Below are positions 34,668 through 48,095 of a DNA stretch of 64,000 bases, one piece after another. The notes beneath the pieces are model-generated. The model was not told the origin of the DNA. It saw nothing but the letters and a program-made list of their open reading frames with translations, and ran no database searches. How positions within the stretch are numbered: the first letter of the stretch is position 1; every line of letters starts with the position of its first letter. This DNA comes from Squalus acanthias (Eukaryota): positions 1-64,000 of the forward strand of contig JASTWF010000695.1 of assembly GCA_030390025.1 (NCBI GenBank), in the 5' to 3' direction. A program made the translations under genes and the position numbers.

Positions 34668-36718
34668 ACGTGACACCGATTCCTGTCCTCAGCTGCGTTT
34701 GTCAAGAATTCTTGAATGAGAGCAGTTTCCAAACAGAATCTCTCTGGTCTCGTTCTGGCCCGGGTTCTGTAACTTTGACAGAGCGTTACATGCTTCCACT
34801 CCAGGAGAGCCTCAGCAGTCCTTACCAACACTCTCCTGTCCTGCAAATTCATCTTTTATTCTTATCCATTGACAGACTAGTGGGAATAATCTTTCAGTAT
34901 TTACTCAAAAACGTTAAAAACTCAACGCTTCTGTTGGAATTGGTGATTTTGAGATTACAAAATAGAGTCCATACATAGTGTTTATAAGAAAATTCTTCTG
35001 ATGTCAGATTATCAGGTGTGTCAAGAATCAAAATAATTATTTTATATTAAACTACTTCAAGTCCCACTTGAACAGTTTTCTTAATTACATGAGTTCCTGT
35101 TGGGTTTAAGAAGCAAATTAATTGAAAAACATTAATTGTAGGTTAAAACCTCCAGTAAAACACCAGAGTGAGCTCACACCAAACAATCCAGACTCTGAGC
35201 GTTAACAGCGCAAAGAGTAATTTAGAACAAAATATCTCCATAGCCCTTAACTAGTGCCTGGATAAACGTTACCATGGTTAGAAAATCAACACACAGACAT
35301 CGAATATTGACAAGAACAGGACAAAGTGCTCTGATCGCTATCTGCCGAAGTTCAATATACAAACACATTCAGGATTTGTTACACAAAGCTACCAGAGCAT
35401 GGGACATGTGGAAGGAGATTGAGAAACAAGTCCCGCTATCTCATTAAATACTACATGATTCTGTAGTAAAAGTATGGAGCATGTGGAAAGAGACTGAGAA
35501 ACATTAATTATTACATGACACTGATCATATAAATGTATGAAATAGAAAGCTTAATTTAATATAAAAAGCCCATAGTTTTGACGATCCTCACTGACTAAAC
35601 AAAAATACTCAGACAGCAAATCCCGGGGAGATTTAGGGTCTTTCAATAGCATCATTTTTGACGAGTGTACTTGATAAGAACGCCATAAATATTGATTACT
35701 AATTGAAGCAATATTATTTCCAGCTCTGGTTAATATTTAACTTTACAATATTTACAGTCCTTCTCCAACACTCCAAAGCTGAACAAATTATTTAAAAAAA
35801 TTAGATCAATTCTCTTTATCACATGGGGTCAGACAGCACTTCACTGAGAAATATCTGGGACCGAAATCTGTGTGTGGGTTCAGTCGGCAGTAGGTGCAGC
35901 TTTGACTGGTGTTCTACACTCAGTGAGTTCACTTACACCCCAGACTCCGATACACTCTATTCTAACAGTGACCGCGCTCTGCTTCCAATAGGCTCGGTTT
36001 GAAACCCCGACTGGAATATCAACTCCAGTCTGCTCTGTCTGTACGAGAGCCGCAGGGAACAAAATAATACAAACTGGCGCGGAATTTGTGTTCGATTTCG
36101 GTTTTAAATCTAAATTTGACACAAAGGTCCTCTGAAAATTAAAGTAAGTGTTAATCAGATGCAATATATAATACACATGTTTACTGTCACCGACAGAATT
36201 GAACAATTGTTCCCTATTTGAACTTGATGGAACTTTAAAATCAAACAAACAACCCAAAATATGTATTAAATGAAAATTCTACAAATTAAATAAACCATTT
36301 CAATATTCACTTCATACGATCCCAATGAATGACAAATTTGAATCAAATATGCCCATTATCTGTCAATTGATTTTCATCAACACGCGATTTGTGAAAATGA
36401 TTCAGGGAGTGATGTACATTTCATGTGTTTTCTTGTTCTATGATTTGCAGAACATGTTCTTTAAATTATCGACAAAACAGGATTTTAGTTTCCAATTAGT
36501 TTTATAATATCAAATAAAGTGAATCACGGTAACATATTTCATTAAACGTACAATGTTTCTGATAACAGTGCGAGAAGGTTTCCCTGTCAGTAAACCAGAC
36601 TTTGTTAATGATCGAGATTAATAAATATAACCAAACACACACTGGAAACAGAGAGAAAATGAATGAAGTAATCAACCGACAAACTCAGCAAAAAGTATCG
36701 AACAGTTGGAAGGAGATT

Positions 36719-39680
36719 AGAGTCATAGAGTTATACAGCACAGAAAGAGGCCCTTCGGCCCATCGTGTCCGCACCGGCCATCAAGCTATTCTAATCCCAT
36801 TTTCCAGCACTTGGTCCGTAGCCTTGTATGCTATGGCATTTCAAGTGCTCATCTAAATGCTTCTTGAATGTTGTGAGGGTTCCTGCCTCTACCACCCTTT
36901 CAGGCAGTGAGTTCCAGATTCCAACCACCCTCTGGGTGAAAACGTTTTTCCTCAAATCCCCTCGAAACCTCCTGCCCCTTACCTTGAAACTATTCCCCCT
37001 GGTTATTGACCCCTCTCCTAAGGGGAAAAGATCCTTTGTATCTACCCTATCTGTGCCCCTCATAATTTTGTACACCTCAATCAGGTCCCCACTCAGCCTT
37101 CTCTGCTCTAAGGAAAACAACCCCAGCCTGTCCAGTCTCTCTTCATAGCTGAAGCGCTGCAGCCCAGGTAACATACTGGTGAATCTCCTCTGCACCCTCT
37201 CCAATGCAATTACATCCTTCCTATAGTGTGGCGACCAGAACTGCACACAGTATTCCAGCTGTGGCCTAACTAGCGTTTTGTACAGCTCCATCATAACCTC
37301 CCTGCTCTTATATTCTATGCCTCGGCTAATGAAGGCAAGTATCCCATATGCATTTTAACCACCTTATCTACCTGTCCTTCTGCCTTCAGGGATCTATTGA
37401 CATGCACACCAAGATCCCTCTGATCCTCTCTCCTTCCTAGGGTCCTACCATTCATTGTGTATTCCCTTGCCTTGTTAGTCCTCCCAAAATGCATCACCTC
37501 ACACTTTTCAGGATTAAATTCCATTTGCCACTGTTCTGCCCATCTGACCAACCCGTTTATATCGTCCTGTAGCCTGAGGCTTCCCTTCTCGCTATTTAGC
37601 ACCCCACCAATTTTCGTGTCATCTGCGAACTTACTGATCATACCTCCAACATTCACATCTAAATCATTAATGTACACGACAAACAGCAAAGGACCTAGCA
37701 CCGATCCCTGCGGTACACCACCTGACACAGGCTTCCAGTCACAAAAACAACCTTCGACCATCACCCTCTGCCTCCTGCCACTAAGCCAATTTTGGATCCA
37801 ATGTGCCAAGTTGCCCTGGAACGCTTGGGCTCTTAGCTTCTTGACCAGTCTCCCATGCGGGACTTTGTCAAAAGCCTTACTGAAGTCCATGTAGACCACA
37901 TCAACTGCACTACCCTCATCCACACACCTAGTCACACCCTCGAAATATTCAATCAAATTGGTCAGACATGATCTCCCCCTGACAAAGCCATGCTGACTAT
38001 CCTTGATTAATCCTTGCCTCTCCAAGTGGAGACTGATTCTGTCCCTCAGAATTGTTTCCAATAATTTCCCTACCACTGATGTTAGGCTCACTGGCCTGTA
38101 CTTCCCTGGTTTATCCCTACTACCCTTCTTGAACAATGGTGCTACGTTAGCTGTTCTCCAGTCCTCTGGCACCTCCCCTGTGGCCAGAGAGGTTCTGAAA
38201 ATTTGTGTCAGAGCCCCTGCAATCTCCTCCCTTGCCTCACACAGCAGCCTGGGATACATCTCGTCTGGGCCTGGGGATTTATCCACTTTTAAGCCCGCTA
38301 AAACCGCTAGTACCTCCTCCCTCTCAATACTAATTTGTTCAAGTATATCACAATCCCCCTGCCTGATTTCTATGCCTACATCGTCCTTCTCCATAGTGAA
38401 CACAGATGCAAAATATTCATTTAAAACCCCACCTACATCTTCCGGCTCTACACACAGATTGCCACTTTGGTCCCGAATGAGCCCTACCTGGTTATCCTCT
38501 TGCCCTTAATATACTTATAAAACACCTTGGGATTTTCCTTTATTTTGCCCACCAGTGTTATTTCGCTCTCCTAATTTCTTTTTTAAGTACCCCCCTGCAC
38601 TTTCTATTCTCCTATAGGGCTTCTACTGTTTTTAGTCCTTTGTATCTGCCAAAAGCCTCCCTTTTTTACCTAATCCATTCTCGTATATCCCTTGACATCC
38701 AGGGTTCACTGGGCTTGTTGGTCCCACCCTTGACCTTTATGGGAACATGTTGCCGTTGTACTCTCTCTATATCCTTTCTGAAAGACTCCCACTGCTCTGA
38801 TGTGGATTTTCCTACAAGTAGCTGATCTCAGTCCACTTTGGCCAGATCCTGCCTTATCATATTAAAATCTGCCTTCCCCCAATTTCGAACCTTTATTTCT
38901 GGTCCATCTTTGTCCTTTTCCATGACTACCTTAAATCTCACCGAATTATGGTCACTGTCACCAAAATGCTCTCCTACTAACACTTCTACCACTTGTCCGG
39001 CTACATTCCCTAGAATTAGGTCCAGTACCGCCCCCTCTCTTGTAGGACTTTCTACATGCTGGCTCAAAAAGCTCTCCTGGATGCACTTTAAGAATTTTGC
39101 ACCCTCTAAGCCTTTCACACTCTGACTATCCCAGTTAATATTGCGGAAGTTGAAATCCCCTTTATTAGTACCCTATTATTTCTACACTTCTCTGAGATTT
39201 GCCTACATATCTGTTCCTCTATCTCCCCCTGACTGTTTGGGGGCCTATAGTACACTCCCAGCAAAGTGCTTGCCGCCTTTCTGTTTTTAAGTTCTACCCA
39301 TATGGCCTAATTAGAGGAACCTGCTAAGATATCATCCCTCCTTACAGCAGTAATTGACTCCTTGATTAATATTGCGACACCCCCTCCTCTTTTACACCCC
39401 CCTCTGTCTCGTCTGAAGATTCTATACCCCGGAATATTGAGCTGCTACTCCTGCCCATCTGTGATAGCAACAATATCATACTCCCATGTGTTCATCAACA
39501 CCTTCAATTCATCTGCCTTACTCGCAAGACTGCTTGCATTAAAATAAATGCCATCCAGTCTTGTCATACTCCCTTGTGCCGTTACATATTTGCTCTGCCT
39601 TCCAGGTTGACTTGCTTTTTCCTCTATATTTGGCTGTGCATCACCCCCTACTATAGCTCCACTCGGTATCCCATCCCCCT
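36719..39680 (-). mobile_element. CR1 LINE, most of ORF2, degenerate, inserted in the tandem repeat
   Basis: APE and RT ORFs 39445..39741, 38828..39118, 37315..38403, 36791..37294; splits the repeat sequence gagatt|gagaaac. Confidence 0.92.
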
Positions 39681-40212
39681 GAGAAACCAGTCCCGATATC
39701 TCATTAAACACTACATGATATTGTATAAAAACATGGGACATGTGGAAGGAGACTGAGAAACGTTAATTATTATGCGATACTGCTAATATAAATGTATGAA
39801 ATAGAATGATTAATTTCAGGTAAAAAGTTCATAATTTTGAAGATAATCACTGACTAAACAACAATACGCACACTGGAGTGTGTGGAAATTTCAGCAACAT
39901 TTTTTTGGAGAGTGAACTTAACAATGATTATACTGATAATTAATACAAATTGAAACAATATGTGTTCCACGTCTAGTTAGTATTTAACTTAATATTTAAA
40001 TTCATTCTCCAACGCTCTAATACTGAATAAACTATTTAAAATAGTTCAGTTCACTCTGTCACACGGGGTCAGACAGCACTTCTGCTGAGAAATATCTGTG
40101 ACAGAAATGTGTGTGTGGGTTCAGTCGGCAGTAGGTGCAGCTTTGACTGGTGTTCTACACTCAGTGAGTTCACTTCCACCCCAGACTCCGATACACTCTA
40201 TTCTAACAGTGA

Positions 40213-40526
40213 TGTGGAGATGCCGGCGTTGGACTGGGGTGGACAAAAATGAGAAGTCGCACAACACCAGGTTATAGTCCAACAGATTTATTTCAAATTA
40301 CAAGCTTTCGGAGCTATCGATCGCCCCTTCTTCAGGTAAAGTTACTATGAGTGAATCTACAAAAGTTCACAATATAAACACATTTTTTCTGTGTTTATAT
40401 TGTGAACTTTTGTAGATTCACTCATAGTAACTTTACCTGAAGAAGGGGCGATCGATAGCTCCGAAAGCTTGTAATTTGAAATAAATCTGTTGGACTCTCA
40501 CCTGGTGTTGTGCGACTTCTCATTTT
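40213..40526. mobile_element. Palindromic non-autonomous PLE (family B) insertion with two opposed hammerhead motifs
   Basis: 138-bp inverted arms 40245-40382 / 40390-40527; 14-bp flanking duplication tattctaacagtga; HHR at 40433-40474 (+) and 40298-40339 (-). Confidence 0.8.
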
Positions 40527-42681
40527 TATTCTAACAGTGACCGCGCTCTACTTCAAACAGGCTCGGTTTAAATAATCCGATTAGAATTTCAACTCAAGTC
40601 TGCTCTGTCTGTACAGGAGCCGCAGGGGACAATACAAAACAAAACTGCTGCGGTCGTGTCTCAGATTTCGGTTTTAAAACTAAGTTTCACTCAAGGCTCA
40701 CCTGGGAATTTAAAATAAGTGCTATTCAGGTGTAAAATATTCTTACATCTGAATAGAATGACATCGGCAGAAATGGGTAAAGTTTCCCTATTTTAAAATG
40801 ATGGAATTTAAAATGAAATAACCAACCCAAAATATTAATCAAAAGAGAAATTTTCAAATTGCATAAAGCATTTCAATATTCACTTCATGCGATCCCAATA
40901 AATGACAAATTTGAATAAAAAATGCCAGTTTTCTTCAAATTGAATTTGATCAGCAGGCGATTTGTGAAAATGATTCAGGGAGTGAGATACATTTCATGTT
41001 TTTTTCTCCGTTCTATGATTTGCAGAAAATGTTCTTTAAATTATCTACAAAACAGGATTTTAGTATCCAATCAGTTTTATAAATTAAAATAAATTTAACC
41101 ACATAAATATATTTCGTTAAACTCACAAAGTATCTGATAACAGTGAGATAATGTTTCCCTGTCAGTAAACCAGCATTTGTTATTGATAGAGGTTAATAAA
41201 TATTACCAAACACAAACAGGAAACAGAGAGAAATTGAATGGAGTCACCGACCAAAAACCTCAGCAAAAAATATCGATCATGTGGAAGGAGATTGAGAAAC
41301 AAATCCCGAAATCTCATTAAACTCTACATGACACTGTATAAAAAGTATGGAGCAGGTGGAGGGAGATTGAGAAACAAGTTCTAATATCTCATTAAATTCT
41401 ACATGACTCTGTATGAAAAGTCTGGGGCATGTGGACGAAGACTGAGAAAGCTTCGTTATTACATCAGTCTTTACATATAAACGTGATAAACAGAAAAAAT
41501 AGTTTAATATTAAAAGTTCATAACTTTGAAGATAATCACTAACTAAACAACAACACTCACACAGCAAATTCTACAAAGATTTAGGAAATGTTACTAACAT
41601 CAATATTTGGAGAATGTATTTAATTATAATTAGACTAATGGTTAATGCTAATTTATACACTATTGGTTCCTCCACCAGTTAATATTTTATTATACAATAT
41701 TTATAAACTTCATCCAACATTCTAATGCTGAATAAAGTTTTTAAAATAGTTCAGTTCACTCTATCACACCGGGTCAGACAGCACTTGTACTGAGAAATAT
41801 CTGTGACAGAAATGTGTGTGTGGGTTCAGTCGGCTGTAGGTGCAGCTTTGACTGGTGTTCTACACTCAGTGAGTTCACTTACACCCCAGACTCCGATACG
41901 CTCAACCTAACAGTGAATGCGCTCTGCTTCTAACAGGCTTGGTTTAAATAATCCGATTAGAATTTCAACTCCAGTCTGCTCTGTCTGTCCAAGTGCCGCA
42001 GGGGGCAAAATAAAACAAAACTGCCGCGGTATTTGTGACCGATTTCGGATTTAAATCTAAGTTTGACACAAATCTCGACTGGGAATTTAAAATAAGTGTT
42101 AATCAGATGAACAATAATCTAAACGCGCTGATTGTCACCGACAGAAATGTAGAATTTATTCCCTATTTCAAGTTGATGGAACGTAAAATCAAACAAAGGG
42201 CCCAAAATATGTATTAAATGAATATTCTACAAATTAAATAACAATTTCAATATTCACTTTATATTAGCCCAATAAATGGCAAACTTGAATAAAATATGCC
42301 CGTTTTCTTCAAATTGAATTTGATCAGCAGGCGATTTGTGAAAATGATTCAAGGAGTGATATGCATTTCATGCTTTTTTCTCCGTTCTCTGATATGCAGA
42401 AAATGTTCTTTAAATTATCTACAAAACAGGATTTTAGTATCCAATCAGTTTTATAAAATAAAATAAATTTAACCACATAAATATAATTCGTTAAACTCAC
42501 AAAGTATCTGATAACAGTGCGATAACCTTTCCCTGTCAGTAAACCAGCATTTGTTATTGATAGAGATTAATAAATATAACCAAACACACACTGGAAACAG
42601 AGAGAAACTGAACGGAGTCACCGACCAAAAACCTCAGCAAACAATATCGATCATGTGGAAGGAGATTGAGAAACAAGTATC

Positions 42682-42827
42682 CATGATGTGGAGATGCCGG
42701 TGTTGGACTGGGGTGGACAAATGTGACAAGTCGCACAACCCCTGACGAAGGAGAAGCGCTCCGAAAGCTTGTGATTTCAAATAAAGCTGTTGGACTATAA
42801 CCTGGTGTTGTGCGACTTCTCACATTT
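42682..42827. mobile_element. Minimal PLE family-B insertion with hammerhead core
   Basis: catgatgtggagatgccg tail; CTGACGA-aggag aagcg ctcc-GAAAGCTT at 42742-42770; inverted aaatgtgacaagtcgcacaac / gttgtgcgacttctcacattt. Confidence 0.75.
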
Positions 42828-44714
42828 ATAAAAAGTATGGAACAGGTGGAGGGAGATTGAGAAAACATTTCCAATATCTCATTAAATTGACTCCGTATGA
42901 AAAGTATGGGGCATGTGGACGGGGACTGAGAAAGCTTCCTTATTAAATTAGTCTGTACATACAAATGTATTAAATAGAAAAAATATTTTAATATTAAAAG
43001 TTCATAACTTTGAAGAAAATCACTAACTAAACAATAGCACTCACACAGCAAATTCTCCAAAGATTTAGGAAATGTTATTAATATCAATATTTGGAGAGTG
43101 TATTTAATTATAATTGTACTAATAGTTAATGCTAATTGTTGCAATATTGGTTCCTCCACTAGTTAATATTTTATTATACAATATTTATAAACCTCATTCA
43201 ACATTCTAATGTTGAATAAAGTTTTCAAAATTGTTCAGTTCACTCTATCACACCTTTTCAGACTAGTGAGAAATATCTGTGACAGAAATGTGTGTGTGGG
43301 TTCAGTCGGCAGTCGGAGCAGCTTTGACTGGTGTTCTACACTCCGTGAGTTCACTTACACCCCAGGCTCCGATACACTCTATTCTAACAGTTAACGCGCT
43401 CTGCTTCTAACAGACTCAGTTTAAATAATCCAATTAGACTTTCAACTCCAGTCTGCTCTGACTGTACAGGAGCCGCAGGTGGAAGGCGATTGAGAAACCA
43501 GTCCCGATATCTCATTAAACTCTACATGACACAATTAAAATTCAAGAAAACAGCATTTATTTTGCCATCACCTCAATGTGTCCAGTAGTAAAGACCAATA
43601 ATTATATTAATGAGGTACATATTATGAGAATAAAAAGCGTATCCATAGACAAACTAAACAACAACACACACACAGTAAATTCCCCAGAGATTTAGGAAGT
43701 TTCAGTGACATCTTCTTTTGAGATAGTGCACTTAAAATACTAATAATTAATGCTAATTGAAACAATACTGGTTGCACCTCTAGTTAACATTTTATAATAC
43801 AATATTATAGACCTTGTACAACACTCTAACGCTGAACAACCTAATTTCTCAATTCCAGTTTCTGCAAAACCCGGAGGTTAGACAGCACTTCTACTGAGAA
43901 ATATCTGTGACAGAAATGTGTGTGTGGGTTCAGTCGGCAGTAGGTGCAGCTTTGACTGGTGTTCTGCACTCAGTGAGATCACTTACACCCCAGACTCCGA
44001 TACACTCCATTCTAACAGTGAACGCGCTCTACTTCTAGCAGGCTCGGTTTAAGTAATCCGATTAGATTTTCAACTCCAGTCTGCTCTGTCTGTACAAGAG
44101 CCGCAGGGGACAAAATAAAACAAAACTGCCGCGGTATTTGTGACCGATTTCGGTTTGAAATCTAAGTTTGACAGAAATCTCGACTGGGAATTTAAAATAA
44201 GTGTTAATCAGATGAACAATATTCTAAACGCGCTGATTGTCACCGACAGAAATGGAGAATTGATTCCCTATTTCAAGTTGATGGAACTTAAAATCAAACA
44301 AACAGCCCAAAATATGTATTAAATGAAACTTCAACAAATTAAATAACAATTTCAATATTCACTTTATACGATTCCAATTAATGACAAACTTCAAGAAAAT
44401 ATACCAGTTTTCTGCAAATGGACCCAGGCTCCGATACACTCTATTCTATCAGTGAACGCGCTCTACTTCTAACAGGCTCAGTTTAAATAATCCGATGAGA
44501 TTTTCAACTCCAGTCTGCTCTGTCTGTACAAGAGCCGCAGGTGGAAGGCGATGGAGAAACCAGTCCCGATATCTCATTAAACTCTACCTGACACGATTAA
44601 AATTCAAGAAAACAACATTTACTTTCCACATCACCTCAAACTGTTCAGTATTAAAGACCAATAATTATATTAATGAGGCACAGATTATAATAATAATCAT
44701 CAGCGATGACTCAC

Positions 44715-44760
44715 AGTTGAGAAGCTGCAGTAAAAAGAGGGTCAGGAAGGACCGCAGCAT
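44715..44760 (-). CDS. Signal-peptide exon (coding part) MLRSFLTLFLLQLLN(C)
   Basis: ATG at 44760-44758, hydrophobic 15-mer, phase-1 donor T|GTGAGT. An acceptor ttcag at 44791-44795 gives exon 44715-44790. Confidence 0.8.
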
Positions 44761-45084
44761 CGTCCCCGGAGCCGGTTACAGCGACGGGACCTGAACATTA
44801 ACCGAATGCTGTTCGCAGATACCGAGCGGGCCCTCCAGCACCTTCCGACACCCCGACTGAACTGGAACTTAATTCTTTGATAACAGTTTGTACAGAAACC
44901 AATGTTTCTTTCAAAATAAGCAATAGATGTTGAAAGGTGCTAACCGTGAATTGCAGTCTGGTAAAATACACCAATGAGATGGAACCTGCCCATTAATAGA
45001 TGCAAAGAGCCCAGGTTCCATCCACTGCCGTTGAGGTGCGTGAGTCTGATAAAGGAAATGAGTCACCGACCCCGCATCCGGATC

Positions 45085-48000
45085 ACAGAATCATACAGAA
45101 CAGAAGGAGGCCATTCGGCCCGTTACACCTGTGAATTTACACCTCTTTGAAAGAGCTGTTCAATTTAGTTTCACATCCCCAGCTTTTTGCCTATAACCCG
45201 ATAATCCTTTCTAAAGTGTGGTGCCCAGAATTGTACCCAATACTCCAGCTGAGGCATAACCAAAGATTTGTAAAGTTTTAGCATTATTTCCTAGTTTTTT
45301 ATATTCAATGCCCCTATTTACAAAGCCAAGTATCCCATACGCTTTCTTAACCACCCTTTCAACTTACCCAGTCACCTTCAAAGATTTGTCAATATGCTCC
45401 CCAGTTCCCTCTGTTCTTGCACCCCTCAGAATAGTCCCATTTAGATTATACTGTCTCTCCATATTATTCCTCTCAAAGTGCAACATTTCACACTTAGCCA
45501 CGTTAAATTGTATTTTCCATGCGTCTGCCCATTTCTCCAGTATGTCTATGTCTTTCTGAATTCTGCTACAATCATGCTCACTATTTAATACGTTGCGTAA
45601 ATGTATATCGCCCGCAATATTGGAAATTGTATTCCCTATACCCAAGTCCAGGTCATTTATAGATTGCAAGAAAAGCAATGGTCCTAATACCCACCCCTGG
45701 GGGACCCCACTTCATTATTCTATCCAGTCAGAGAAAAATCCCTTCACCACTACTCTCTGCCTCCTATTCCTTAGCCAATGTACTACGCAAGTTACCATCG
45801 TCCCTGTAATATCATGAGCGTCTATTTTCGGAATGAATCTTCTGTGAGGCACTTTATTAAATGGCTTTTGAAAGTCCATAGATACAACATGTACTGCAGT
45901 ACCTTCATCAACCATCTCTGTTACTTCATCAAAGAACTCAATCAGGTTAGTCAGACACGAATTACCTTTAACTAATATGTGATGGCTGTCCATTATTAAC
46001 CTATGCTTTTCCAAGTGAGAATTAAGTTTGTGTTTGACAATGGTCTCCAGTAGTTTTTTTCCAACCTCCACTGACGTTAGACTGACTGGCCTGTAGTTTC
46101 CTGGTTTATCCCTCTCCGCTTTTTTGAACAGGTGTGTGACATTTGCAATCCTCCAGCCCTCTGGCACCACTCCAATATCCAAGGAGACTGAAAGATTGTG
46201 GTCAGAGCGTCTGTTATCTCTATCCTAGCTTCCCTTAGCAACATAGGATTCATCCCATCTGGACCGGGTGACTTGTTAACTTTGTGTGGTGCCAACATAT
46301 TTAGCACCTCCTTTCTAACCTTTTTATCTTATCCAATATCTCTACTCCCCACTCCTCTACTCCGACATTAACTTCATCCTCTTCTTTTGTGAAGATGGAT
46401 GCAAAGTATTCATTCATTAGCTCAGTCATGCCCTCTGCCTCCACGAGAATATTTCCTTCTTTGCCCCTAATCGGCCTCACCATACCTTTAACTATCCTTT
46501 CACTTTTTATCGGTTTATAAATGATTTTCGGGTTCCCTTTTACATTACAAGCTAATCTTTTCTCATACTCTCTCTTCGCTCGTATATCCTTTTTCAATTG
46601 TCCTCTGCACTCTCTGTATTCTGCCTGGTTTTCAATTGTATTCTGTACCTTACTTTTGTTATAAACCTCAGTATTCTGTTTTATTTTCATCTCTATTTCC
46701 TTTGTCATCCAGGGAGCTCTAGTTTTGGATGCCCCATTTTCCCTCTTTATGGGGATGGGTTTGGTTTGTACCCGAACTATCTCTGCCTTGAAGTCCGGTC
46801 ATTGTCCCTCCACATGTTCTAGAATCCTTCACAAATCAGTGAAATTTTAGCTCTCTTCCATTTGATTATTTTCACCTTTGATTTTTCTTGTACCATGTTC
46901 ATAACAACTTACACATAATTATATTATGATCACTATTACCTAGATGTTCTCACTCTGAATCACGCTGCACTTGCCCTACTTCGTTTCCCAGAACTCGATC
47001 CAGTACTGTTTCATTCCTCAGAAATGTAACAGCTCATTTTCTGTTCCTTAACTCTAAGCTAATAGATTCAGTGTTTGAACCATCTAGTATATCGTCCCTC
47101 TCTATAACTGTAATATTATCCTTGATCAAATGTGCCAGCCCTCCTTTCTTTACCCCTTCCCTATCCCTCTTTACTACATTATAGCCATGAATGTTTAGTT
47201 CACATTCCTGGCCATGTTTAAGCCAGGTTTCCGTCATAGTGAATTTATTATAACCCCATGTGGCAACTTGCACCTGTAGCTCGTCAACTTTATTTGTAGC
47301 AGTCCTCGCACTAACACACATGCATTCCAACACCATGCTAGTGGCTTTGTTTTTTTCCTCCATTTACTTACTGCTCTCACTAAGTTATTGTTTGTTCTGT
47401 TGCTGTTTCTATGCACCTGGTCTCTCCTCTCTGCTGCTGCGTCCTGGTGCCCTTTCCCCGGCCAAATTAGTTTAAACCCTCGCCCAGGGCACTAATTAAA
47501 CTCCCCGTGAGGACATTGGTCTCAGCCCTGTTCAGGTGCAACCCGTCCTGCCTATACAGGTCCCCCCTACCCCATAACTGGTCACAATGTCCCAGGAATC
47601 TGAAGCCCTCCCTCCTGCACCACATCTCCAGCCACGCATTCACCTGCACTATCTTCCTGTTTCTGTACTCTCTAGCACGTGGCACTGGGAGTAATTCAGA
47701 GCAGATCACCGTTGAGGACCTGTTCTTTAATCTTTTTCCTAGCTTCTGAAACTCTACCTGTTTGACCTCAACCCTTTTGCTGCATTGGTTCCAATATGGA
47801 CCACAACTTCTCCTGTTCCCCTTCCCCTCGCACAATGTCCTGCACCCGTTCAATGATATACTTTACCTCGGCACCAGGGAGGCAATACCCCATTCGGAAC
47901 TCATTTCTCTGGTTGCAGAAACGCCTGTCTATTCCCCTGACTATCAAATCTCCAATAGCCCCCAGAGCTACACTCTCTTGTGCCCCCCTGTGCAGCCCAG

Positions 48001-48095
48001 ACTCCCACAGTGCTTTCATTTGCTTCTGACTGCAAGCCCCCGAGCTAACTTCACCCGGACTGTTATTCAACACTGAATACCGGTTTGTGAGTGAA
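45085..48095 (-). mobile_element. Old near-full-length CR1 LINE
   Basis: ORF1 esterase remnants (IGDLIVRGIDRRFC, DGLHLN) and APE/RT remnants with many frameshifts. Confidence 0.85.

Larger units (their letters stand above)
35395..44690. repeat. ~1.3-kb intronic tandem repeat, 5-6 complete or partial units
   Basis: Conserved core gggttcagtcggcagtaggtgcagctttgactggtgttctacactcagtgagttcacttacaccccagactccgatac at about 35876, 40117, 41822, 43298 and 43926; partial at 44422. Confidence 0.9.
2690..44790 (-). pseudogene. CD163/WC1/SCART-like group-B SRCR type-I membrane receptor gene (signal peptide, 7 SRCR, TM, Tyr-motif tail); disrupted by one frameshift and one premature stop
   Basis: 18 coding exons with canonical AG/GT boundaries, nearly all phase 1-1. 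SRCR consensus RL..G...C.GR.E......WG.VCD..WD..DA.VVC.QL.CG is present. SRCR1 exon is 316 nt (TGA at 31481-31483); SRCR4 has an in-frame TAA at 17915-17917. Confidence 0.85.
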
